From NCBI RefSeq assembly GCF_006345805.1, contig NC_043005.1:12896001-12960000 (forward strand): a stretch of 64,000 nucleotides of DNA, in the 5' to 3' direction. Source of the stretch: Octopus sinensis (Eukaryota). How positions within the stretch are numbered: position 1 is the first letter of the stretch; the number at the start of each line of letters is the position of its first letter. Below, one piece after another: positions 12,480-24,138 of this stretch. Position numbers and translations under genes: made by a program. A model generated the notes under the pieces. That model worked only from the letters and a program-made list of their open reading frames with translations. It had not been told where the DNA came from and made no database searches.

Positions 12480-13209
12480 CTGCTTTGACAAAAAATGCTT
12501 GCAAGGTCTACATTTGAACACTAACTCGCGACCAGTTTGGAAAATAATTGCTAATGCCGGAAACGAAACTTCCATAAATATTAAGGTATAGCTGCTTTCT
12601 CTCTTTGTGAGAAAGCACCGTTGTGAAATAGTAGAGAAGGGAGCGAGCAGTTAAGATTGAAAAGAAACTAATGGATTCCAAAATAGCTCAGTGTATGGAA
12701 ATTAGCGATCCGCTTCGATGTGCGAATCTAATAATAACATTTCGCAGACTTGGTAGAGAATACCGGATGTGAGATAATCTTGAAGCAATACTAGAATGCT
12801 ATTGACGTTGCACCAATGGTAAAGAGTGATGGAAAATAATTGTGTAAAACGATACTTCCAACAAATGTTGATCTCACGTTCTGTATTCTTTCTTAAACGC
12901 ATTTATTTACGTTTGGAAAGTAAGTTAATTCCTTCACACTTAGATGACGGCGAAATATTTTGAGTTATATACTTCCAATAAATCATATTTTGCTAAATTA
13001 AGAAGCATGGATGCTGCTAAACATGTGAATTTTTTTCCTCACCTTTCTCTGTTGTGCGTATAAATATAACGTGCTGTAATCGAACCGTTTGCAGGAACAG
13101 CTAGATTACACCATCCACAACAGCAACAGAAACGTTAATATTTTAGATAAGGTTTCAATTCTTATTGCAAATTTTGTTTGTTCTCGTTGTTAGTGCTTTT
13201 AGAAATACT

Positions 13210-13593
13210 GATTTCAAATTTTGGCACAAGGCCAGCAATTTCAGGAGAGGGCTAGGTCCATTGCATCGACCCCCAGTTTTCAACTGGTTTTATCGACCCC
13301 GAAAGGATGAAAAACAAAGTCGGCCTCGGCGGGTTTTGAACTCAGAACGTGCAGACAGACGAAATGTCGCAAAGCATTTTGCCTGGAGTGCTATCGATTA
13401 TTATTTCTTTATTGCCCATGGAGTGGGGGGGGGACTAAACATAGAGGAGACAAACAAGGACAGACAAACGGATTAAGTCGATTACATCGACCCCAGTGCG
13501 TAACTGGTACTTAATTTATCAACCTCGAAAGAATGAAAGGCAAAGTCGACCTCGGCGGAATTTGAACTCAGAACGTAGCGGCAGACGAAATAC
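13210..13593 (-). mobile_element. Two tandem SINE family A copies (tail-a at 13402-13593, tail-b at 13210-13400)
   Basis: Two family A cores in tandem; the upper copy is 5'-truncated at GTATTTCGTCTGCC where the Tx1 LINE 3' end abuts. Confidence 0.85.
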
Positions 13594-13600
13594 CAATTTC

Positions 13601-15650
13601 TATTTCTTTATTGCCCACCGGGGGCCAAACATAGAAATGGACAGAACAACTGATTAGATAAGTAAAGCGATATGATTTTACATATGATGTGACTTTAAAA
13701 TTTTAAATGCAATATAAATCGAATGGAATTAACAATACAAAGACAATACAAATGAAGCAATAATCTGGCCACGCTCCGACCCCACAAATCCCGATCTGGT
13801 ACCGTTTTTTGTTCTTTTTTCTCGTCTATTTACACGGTTCCTTGCACGCACCACACTCGTGTAACATGCTTCCATCTCTTTTGGAACGCACACTCCGGCA
13901 GACATCTCTTCTCCAGTCACAGCTTTCTTTTCAAATGAAAAGAAAAAAAATGATCGTAAATTGTGGCCAGAGATAAAGTTGCCTGTTTTAATTCCTTTTA
14001 TCCTAGTCTTCCATATTGCCTCTTTCGCTATTGCTACAACCGTGAGAAAACAATTCTTACCTTCGTTCGTTAAAACTCCCGGTGAGTTAATTTTTATAAT
14101 TGACTCAGTCGACAACTGTACTCTTCCTTCGCCGGACAACATAACCCCACATTTCAGTTATCTCCGGACACTGAACAATAGCGTGAAGGACGACCTCCCT
14201 GTCCCCCCACCCCATCCCGCATCTTGGCCAGGTCGGCAACTGACGCTTACCGTGTCTTGCGAGCTTATCTCAAACGGGCAAGGCACCTCTGTAGCATTGC
14301 CAGGTTAAGGACTTTTGGAAGTTGTCCAACGTTCTCAACCCGAATATACAGTGAAACAGGCTGTCCAGTTGAATAAAGCCGAGACCTAGAGTCGCCCCCA
14401 GGCCATCGTCGCATTCAGACTCTACCAACCCACTATATAAAATCCGTGTCGAACCCCCACCGCTGGCGTTGCCCGAGCGCCGGAATAGCAAGGGGGCCTT
14501 ACGGCACTCTTTATGCCACTCAATCGACTTCGGTCTACGAGAACACCAGGCTTCCTGTTCGCAAAAACTTTTGAACTCGGGGAACATTTGTCTGGCCAGC
14601 GGAGACCACATCCGTTCACTATCCAGGATAATCTAGAGATGCCTCAACCTCAACGCATGTCTGCGCATCATTAACCAAGGCATCCCTAAACCTCCCTTTA
14701 AAGGCTTTTGACAGCAGAGAGAGCGTTTCACAAGTGACGACCTGCCCTTCCACAAAAAGCGAAAGATCTGTCTCTCCAACCTGATCAATCCCGAATCCGG
14801 ACAGGTCACGACGGTCAGGCGGTAGGTTATGACTGATGCGATAAACTATTTGGCCACCTCTACCCTCCCTTTCAGGGATAACCACCGCCAAGACCAGGTC
14901 TTGACTACTGCAGCCACCCTGCTCAATAGCTCCGTCCATTTCTTCTCTATCTGGAGGCCTGGTCCAAACCAAACTCAAGGAAATTTAACCGGTCCCTCCG
15001 TCCAGCGCCCAAGAACCCAGGTGCCGAGCTGCAAGCCGGCCGACTTTTCGCGGTTAATCTTTGATCCTGCCACCTTTTCGTAAGCCTTAATAGTCTTACC
15101 CACTTCACGTAGGCGTGCTACTGAGGTTACGCTGATAGTGATATCATCCGTGTAAGCCGTAACAAACTCCTCTAGACCTGGTTCTCTCGGGATGCCACTC
15201 AACCTTCGCAGTAGGGGCTCGAGAGCCATCACATACAAAAGTGATGAGAGCGGACATCCTTAACGAACCGAGCGTCTGATGCAGAACGGCTTCGAAAGGA
15301 AACCGTTCACCCGAACTATCGAGTCAATATTGTGGTACAAAGCGATAAACCCCCTGAGGAATCGAAGACCCAGGCCGAACCGCACAATCACTGCCAGATT
15401 TATTACCAACCATCTCTATGGTATAGCGAATAAGATGGAGGGTATCTTGAATGGATCTGCCTGGGATGGCACATGTTTGTGCCCCCTCCCCACGAATATA
15501 CCATTCGCGACACGTGCCAACTTTTTTGCTAAGACCTTGGCCAAAATCTTCACTTCGGCGTTTAACAGAGTGATGGGCCTGAAATTCTCTATAACGTCCC
15601 CCTTGTCCGGGTCCTTTCTGACCAACGTCACTACTCCCCGGCGCACAAAT
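13601..15650 (-). mobile_element. Tx1/L1-clade LINE, 5'-truncated, retaining its 3' end
   Basis: ENFRPITLLNAEVKILAKVLA, QTCAIPGRSIQD, GCPLSSLLYVMALEPLL, TAYTDDITI, FRFLWKG..GGLGMPW; 3' UTR ends GTGGGCAATAAAGAAATA. Confidence 0.92.
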
Positions 15651-15959
15651 CTGCGTGTGTGACATTTTGCTTATCCCCCACCATCGTTTGGCAACTATTG
15701 CTGGTTTGTTTACATACTTGTAACTTGGTGGTTCGCCAAATATTTTCGCTAGAATAATACCAGTTTTTAAACTTTTATTTAAAGTACTGAGGTCGTTACC
15801 CCAGCAGGACCACTATTCAATGACTTCTAATATCAATGTAGAACCATTTAGAACCCACAGGCTTTGTTGCACTGTAATTATACAGCAGTTTTCTGAGTGT
15901 AAATACTTCTGCTAAATAACTATATAGAACGTTTTTACAGAACCAGTTGGTTATGTTTC

Positions 15960-16201
15960 TATGTGACGATTAAGTTATTTTTCATGTCGCTTCTTATGTA
16001 TATGACAGACGAGGGTTTCATACACTTGAAAATCGAATCATTATCATGGAATAACCAAACAGAGAAATATGCATAACAATACACATACATATACTCAGCT
16101 ACATGCATACTGATATATACTGAATTATACTTAGGTACATACATGCATGCGTCTCTACTTGCATGCATTCATACATATATACATGTATGCATACATGTAC
16201 A

Positions 16202-16248
<47 letters not shown>

Positions 16249-16532
16249 GTGTGTGTGTATTATGTATGTATGTGCATACACGTACATATATGTAAGTACA
16301 TATATATACATACATATGTACACATACATATACGTTTATATATATTTTTATATATATGTACATACACACATATGCAGGCATAAATGTATATATATCTATT
16401 ATATATACATACATGCATATGCCTGCATATGTGTTGGTACGTAATATATATATATATATTAATATATACATATATATATATATATACTATATATATATAC
16501 ATATACATATTATTATATATATATATATATAG

Positions 16533-16573
<41 letters not shown>

Positions 16574-16785
16574 ACATACATACATATGCAGGCATGTGCA
16601 TGTATGTTGCTCGACTAAAGGCTGTGCTCCAGCATGGCAACAGTCAAACGACTGAAACAAGTAAAAGAGTGAATATGTATATATATATATATACATACAC
16701 GAACATACACACACACACACACAGACACACACGCATATATGCATACATACATACATATGTATATATTATATAGCTATATATTAAA

Positions 16786-16835
<50 letters not shown>

Positions 16836-17218
16836 AATATATAGCGCAAAAAGTCTTAGAAAATGACCAAGTGATATATTCCAGGGAATGGTGATTCATG
16901 GGGACAGAGAGGTTAGGATAAAACATCCATATATTATTGGCAAACACCATTAGAGAGAGAGAGGGAGAGAGAGAGAGAGAGAGAGAGGGGGGGGAGAGAT
17001 GTATCCTAATTGACGCATTCATTGCGGCAAATGATGATATATATGTATATATATCTGAACACGAGGAAGAAACATCTGCAAATAAAATCCGGAAACAGAA
17101 CTGTTCCGAATATGATGCGGGGGCCGGTGAAAACAGATACCCCCGCTTCTAATAATAGGTTTCTTGGGATTAGCGAAAATGAGATGCAGACAAATACAAG
17201 AGCCAAAGCACCCAGACG

Positions 17219-17260
<42 letters not shown>

Positions 17261-17364
17261 TATGTGTAGATATATATGTATGTATATATATATATGCATA
17301 TATGTGTTTATACATAAATGTATATACATACGTGTATATATATGTATATGTATGTATGTATATG

Positions 17365-17420
<56 letters not shown>
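15960..17420. repeat. Compound TA/CA/TATG/GA microsatellite region, including a SINE B 3' end at ~16612-16670
   Basis: Direct inspection. Confidence 0.9.
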
Positions 17421-17424
<4 letters not shown>

Positions 17425-17581
17425 CACACAAGCACACACACATACAGAAAGAGGAGCATTGCTATACACTGTCTCTCGCAGCTCCCTCGCCCTCACACGA
17501 AGCAACAAACATACACACACACCACCACATATATATATATATATATAATATATATAATATATATATATATATTATATATAT

Positions 17582-17613
<32 letters not shown>

Positions 17614-18293
17614 GATAATATATATAGCACACACACATAGTGATTCTAATGTGTTATTTTAAAGAAGAAGGATGAGGATGAATGACGAGGGTGGTGGTGG
17701 TGGTGGTGATGGTGGTTATGGTGCTCGTGTCGGCGGCGGCGGTAGCGGCTGTGAAGAAGAAGATGAACAAGAAGATGAGGCGAGTCTCAGCACTACAAAA
17801 AAATTCCATATGCTTGCTACTCGAGCCGTTGTTTGACTAAGAGTTTTCATGTGGGGCCCAATAGAATAGCGACAACTATGATAGATCGTTTATGGTGTTA
17901 AGAGAATGGCGATGCAGATGATAGGTTTGGTGACGCTGAAGAGAGGAGGCTTTCGGTGATGCGATTGCGAGAGAGACTTGGCAGGGAAAGCTGATATGCC
18001 GGTGATGTTAGCGATAGGTTGCCGGTGCCGCGATGTAGCCTGATATCATTGAGGATGGAAACAATCAAAGCAAAGGGGACAAACTGCCTTTTTAATTATT
18101 CCTTGCCTATCATTTCTCCACGTGCGGTCAACACAACCCCACCATTTATTCATTTATATATGTGTGTGTGTGTGTGGTGTGTGTGTGTGTGGTGTGTGTG
18201 TATACACACAAGCACACACACATACAGAAAGAGGAGCATTGCCTATACACTGTTCTCTCAGCCTCCCTCGCCCTCACACGAAGCAACAAACAT

Positions 18294-18330
<37 letters not shown>

Positions 18331-18356
18331 ATAAATATATAATATATAATATATAT

Positions 18357-18387
<31 letters not shown>

Positions 18388-18955
18388 AGATATATATATA
18401 TGCACACACACATAGTGATTCTAATGTGTTATTTTAAAGAAGAAGGATGAGGATGAATGACGAGGGTGGTGGTGGTGGTGGTGGTGATGGTGGTTATGGT
18501 GCTCGTGTCGGCGCGGCGGTAGCGGCTGTGAAGAAGAAGATGAACAAGAGATGAGGCGAGTCTCAGCACTACCAAAAAATTCCATATGCTTGCTTACTCG
18601 AGCCGTTGTTTGACTAAGAGTTTTCATGTGGGCCCATAGAATAGCGACAACTATGATAGATCGTTTATGGTGTTAAGAGAATGGCGATGCAGATGATAGG
18701 TTTGGTGACGCTGAAGAGAGAGGAGGCTTTCGGTGATGCGATTGCGAGAGAGACTTGGCAGGGAAAGCTGATATGCCGGTGATGTTAGCGATAGGTTGCC
18801 GGTGCCGCGATGTAGCCTGATATCATTGAGGATGGAGACAATCAAAGCAAAGGGGACAAACTGCCTTTTTAATTATTCCTTGCCTATCATTTCTCCACGT
18901 GCGGTCAACACAACCCCACCATTTATTCATTTATATATGTGTGTGTGTGTGTGTG
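17417..18955. repeat. Tandem duplication of a ~780-bp unit
   Basis: 17417-18180 vs 18198-18955 are near-identical, with indel-type differences. Confidence 0.9.
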
Positions 18956-18960
18956 TGCGT

Positions 18961-19000
<40 letters not shown>

Positions 19001-19018
19001 GTATATATGTATATATGT

Positions 19019-19081
<63 letters not shown>

Positions 19082-19379
19082 TTCAGTGCTTCAACAGTAA
19101 AATATGTCACTCTTATCTGAAGAACAGCCATTCTGCCTGAGACGTTGGTTTCATCTTCTCTTTGATAAAGTGTTTTATTCCGCTTTTCTGAAGTTCTTCA
19201 AAAAAACCACTTGTCGGCATTCGACTCTCATTACTCTCCCGCGTTTCTATTGTGTTATTTTGATGTGAAGAAACAGTCGTAGGTGTTGGGGAGAGAAGAT
19301 GGGATGGAGAGGAGTATGAAGGGATACGGCTTTTGAAGACGTGAGGCGAAATATTACAATGACACCGAATGATCTGTCT

Positions 19380-19677
19380 GGGGGGGGGAGATGTGGTGGT
19401 GGCGGGTGTTGTAGTGTTGTTGTTGTTGTTGTTGTTGTTGATAGTGGTGGCGGTGGTGGTGGTGGTGGCGATAGAGTATGAAGTCGTCAACGAAGCCGTA
19501 CCATGATGCCGATGATGGTGGCGATAACAACGATGACAACGACGTCGGTCGACAGTGATGATGATGATGGTGATGATGATGATGATGATGATGACGATGA
19601 TGATAGTGGTGGTGATGGTGGTTGCGGTGATAATGGCGGTGGTTGTGGCGGTGGTTGATGATGATGACGATGAAGAA

Positions 19678-19724
<47 letters not shown>

Positions 19725-19895
19725 CGATGATGACGATGATGACGATGTCGATGGTGATGATGATGGCGACGATAATGATAGTGGTGGTGAAGGCTGTAGT
19801 GGTGATAATGTGGCGGTGGTTGATGATGACGATGAAGACGACGATGATGATGATGGTGATGATGATGATGATGATGATGATTATGATGATGATGA

Positions 19896-19929
<34 letters not shown>

Positions 19930-20466
19930 GGTGATTTTTCCCAGCTCCGTAATATTTACGTTCTCCCTAATGTCTTTTACGTTGATTTTACTTTATACTT
20001 TGTTCTTGTCGAGTCTATTCTCTTCCGACAAAATTAATTATTTTCTCGGTAATGTTACCTTTACAGAAGACTTGTTGGGATACAATCATCAGTTTGTGAT
20101 TCAATAATTTCAACTAATTTCCTTTGTAATTTCATGGGAAAATAATCGTTTTATCAAGTGTTCCCTGTCTGCAAAAGATAATGGAAGTAATTTCATAACC
20201 AAGCGAAAACAACTAAACAATTGCTCTTTCTTAGTTTGCTAAACAAAAACCAAAAAGGAAAGTAATCATTTTTTTTTTTTTCTTCCATCGTACCTGACTT
20301 TAAGATGGCGTTCTTTGTTCTTTTTAAATATTCCAGACAGCAGTGCAGTTCAGTTCAAATGGTGATAATACTACTACTACTGCCCCTACATATAGTAATA
20401 GTAATAGTAATAAAGATAATAATAATAATAATAATATAATAATAATAATAATAATAATGATGATAA

Positions 20467-20536
<70 letters not shown>

Positions 20537-20629
20537 TAACAATAATAATAATAATATATATATATATGTATGTATGTATGTATATATGTATTATGTATGT
20601 ATGTATGTATGTGTATGTATGTATGTATG

Positions 20630-20726
<97 letters not shown>

Positions 20727-20730
20727 AACA
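19380..20730. repeat. Trinucleotide (GAT/GGT/AAT) and TA microsatellite cluster
   Basis: Direct inspection; source of the poly-D/M/I/Y ORFs. Confidence 0.95.
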
Positions 20731-21063
20731 AAGTGGAGTTGTAAGGTACCGCACGAGTGGAATTATATATGAAAGAAGGTTTGAAAATGCAATTTTAAAA
20801 GATGTTTATTTACTTTACCGGTTTCACTTAGGAAAAAGATTGTCAAAAGTAACATGTAAAAGCTTGGTTGTGTTAGTTACTGGTTGTCACAAAATACTAC
20901 AATACATCTATACATTCTTTGATAATAAGAACATGTTAAGAACAGTTTACAAGGGAAAATCTTGGGAAAATATAAAAAAGTTTAACAAGTTCATCAAAAT
21001 ATTGGACACAAAAGCTTGGTTGTGCCAGGTACTGGTTGTCACAAAATATAACAATATATACAT

Positions 21064-21511
21064 AGGCGCAGGAGTGGCTGGGTGGTAAGTAGCTTGCTAA
21101 CCAACCACATGGTTCCGGGTTCAGTCCCACTGCGTGGCATCTTGGGCAAGTGTCTTCTGCTAGAGCCCCGGGCGACCAATGCCTGTGAGTGGATTTGGTA
21201 GACGGAAACTGAAAGAAGCCTGTCGTATATATGTATATATATATATATTATATATATATATATATTATATATATATATATATATAAATATATATGTATGT
21301 GTCTGTGTTTGTCCCCCTAGCATTGCTTGGCAACCGAAGCTGGTGTGTTTATATCCCCGTTACTTAGCGGTTCGGCAAAAGAGACCGATAGAATAAGTAC
21401 TGGGCTTACAAAAGAATAAGTCCCGGGGTCGAGTTGCTCGATTAAAGGCGGTGCTCCAGCATGGCCGCAGTCAAAAGACTGAAACAAGTAAAAGAGTAAA
21501 AAGATAAAAAG
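21064..21511 (+). mobile_element. SINE family B, full length
   Basis: AGGCGCAGGAGTGGCTG head, GGTTCAGTCCC B-box-like motif, internal (TA)n, imperfect TSD AATA(TA)TACAT. Confidence 0.92.
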
Positions 21512-21723
21512 AATATACATTCCTTGATAATAAGGACATGTTAAGAACAGCTTACAAGGGAAAATCTTGGGAAAATATAAAATAGTTTAACAAGTTCATT
21601 AAAATATTGGGCACAAAAGATTACAACATATATATACATTCTCAAGAAAATGTTAAATATAGTTTCCAGAAGGAATTATTAAAAAGTACTGTGGAATATT
21701 GATATTGTATCTGTATATATATA

Positions 21724-22123
21724 CTAGCAGTATCTATCGCCCGGCGTTGCTCGGGTTTGTAAGGGAAATAACTATATAAGCATTTTTAGAGATGTAAAGT
21801 ATAATAGCCATCTCAATATGGCTAACCACAAAGGGGGGGGGGTTACTGTAGCTTTTTACGTTCTGAGATTTAATAATAAATTTTTCGAGAGTTACTTCCC
21901 TTATATATGCCAAAATTGCATTAAAAATGGGAAAAATTGATGGTAATTTTTTTTTTAATCGTAGACTCATCGTAGACGCGCGCTAATACCCAGAAGGGCT
22001 CGATATGAATCACGACTATAAGATACCCGGTTTTGGTTAAACTGCACCGCAAAATGTGGGAGTAGTTAGGAATGTAAATCGTAGGAGACAGACAGCACAC
22101 AACCTCACTTTTATATATAAAGA
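21724..22123 (-). mobile_element. Non-autonomous Helitron (400 bp)
   Basis: A|TCTTTATATATAAAAG ... CCCGAGCAACGCCGGG..CTAG|T. Confidence 0.9.
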
Positions 22124-22394
22124 TATACACACAGAATATTATAAGTTCAAAAAAGTTTACATTTTAGTAGTGGTAGCATAAACTGACCTGGTTCACCATG
22201 TCATCATGACGATGACAATATTTTAATGAACTTGTTAAACTATTTTATATTTTCCCAAGATTTTCCCTTGTAAGCTGTTCTTAACATGTCCTTATTATCA
22301 AGGAATGTATATGTATATTGTAATATTTTGTGATAACCAGTACCTGGCACAACCAAGCTTTTTTGCCCAATATTTTGATGAACTCGTTAAACTT

Positions 22395-24115
22395 CTGCCC
22401 TCATCACCCTCCTTACCATCTGCTCCTAATCCATCCTCTTCAAACTCTGCCACCAGTCTCCTCAGTTGCTCTTCGGAATCCGCCACCAGTGCTGTATCAT
22501 CACCAAGCAACAACTGACTCACCTGCCATTTCTCTCCATTTTCTGCCACCATTTGCGCTCCCCTACCAAAGGTTCTAGCATTTACCTCTCTCCCTACACC
22601 ATCCATATATAAATTAAACAGCCACGGAGACATCACACAACCCTGTCTTAACTCCATCTTCGCATCAAGCCACTCACTTACTTCACCACCCAACCTAACG
22701 CATGCCCTGCTTTCTCTATAAAAAAAAACTCTCAGCAATCTACCATGTACTCCATACAACTGCAGACACATCCCACATTGCATTCCTATCCATTGTCATA
22801 TGCTTTCTCTAGGTCCATAAAGGCCCAATACAACTCCTTCCCTTTTGCCAAAAACTTCTCACACCTCTACTTACAGCAAATATTTGATCTGCACACCCCT
22901 TCCACTCCTAAAACCACACTGCTTCTCCCCTAGTACACTCGCTACCTGGTTCCTTAACCTTACAATCGGAGTTCTCCCACACAGTTTACCAACCACACTC
23001 AACAGACTTATACCCCTAAAATTTCCACATCCACATAAGGCACTGCATTAGTCCTTTGGTACTCTTCCAGGCATATAACAAACATTAATAAGCCTCACTA
23101 ACATTCAATCACTGTCACTCCTCCTTTCTTTAGGCATTCCATTGTACACCCATCTACACTACCGTCAGAAATTAATTAGCACCCTTGATTTGCTCTTCAC
23201 TCAAGGTATGTGCTGTCACCTAGTGGCCATATCTCGAACTATTGCTTTGTTGCGAGTTCACTGTTGCGCAGAACTATGACGTACTTTGTTTGCAGAGCAG
23301 TTTGAGAGTCTACAGCCTTATGATGTTGACATAGCAGTGCACAACACTTGAGTGCGGATGCAGACAAATCTACCTTTGTTTAATAGATATAGGTAGCGCC
23401 TCGCAAGGACCGAATCACACCATACTAAGTTTTCTCATCGCGTAAGACGTTTTGAACAGCTCATAGTTTAATTGATTTAACCTATTTATGTAGAAATTTG
23501 AGAAGTGCTAATTAATTTCTGACGCAAGTGTATACCTGGCGCCTTCTGGTTTGCCATCTTCCGCAAGGATTCCCTCACTCCTTCCAGTTGCACCATAGTT
23601 CCATTCCCCAACAACAGGCATTCTCCTCCCTCCTTCCACAGCCACTATGCTTGCCTCCCTAACATCTTCCACATGCAACAGCTCACTGAAATACACTGCC
23701 CATTTCCTTCGTACATCCTCACTTCCTTTCAACACATTTCCATTTACATCCTTCATCCTTTCTTCACTTCCTCCAACCACCTTTCTTACCCTCTGTGCCG
23801 CTTTGCAAAACATCTTTTTATTTCTTACAAAATTTCCACTCAACTTTTTCCCGATCCTTTCATTCGCTTCCCATTTCCCCACCCACACCACTCTCTTTAT
23901 CCTACTCTTCACTTCTCTATAGCGGCCTCTCCACCCCTTTCTGCAACCACTCTTCAAAGGTTCTTTTCTTCGCTGACACTGCATCCCTTATCTGCTCATT
24001 CCACCACTCACTACCTTTCCTCATACCCATTCCAACCTCTCGTGTACCACATACCTCAGAGGCACATCTCATTACTGCCTCTCTAAAAGCTCCCCACTTA
24101 TGCACTTGTGGTACT
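22395..24115 (-). mobile_element. RTE-clade LINE ORF fragment, decayed
   Basis: KWGAFREAV..SEWWNEQ, KAPGIDG (rebuilt across the MITE), LRQGCVMSPWLFNLYMDGV, SQLLLGDDTALVADSEEQLRRLV. Confidence 0.9.
23157..23530. mobile_element. Tc1/mariner-type MITE (374 bp) inside the RTE
   Basis: TIR CACT...GTCAGAAATTAATTAGCAC at both ends, TA TSD; excision restores codons ATA GAT of KAPGIDG. Confidence 0.92.
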
Positions 24116-24138
24116 TGTAACGTTGGCTGCAGTGAGAC

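Larger units (their letters stand above)
20858..22394. repeat. ~150-bp tandem unit (20858-21630, +) with an inverted copy (22216-22394, -)
   Basis: AAAAGCTTGGTTGTG recurs at 20858 and 21010; the reverse complement of the unit junction lies at 22216-22394. Confidence 0.85.

Noticed and set aside
19555-20107. Poly-D/poly-M ORFs, and likewise the poly-T ORF 45272-46189 and poly-I ORFs near 48 kb
   Set aside because: Pure trinucleotide repeats with no unique coding context or splice support
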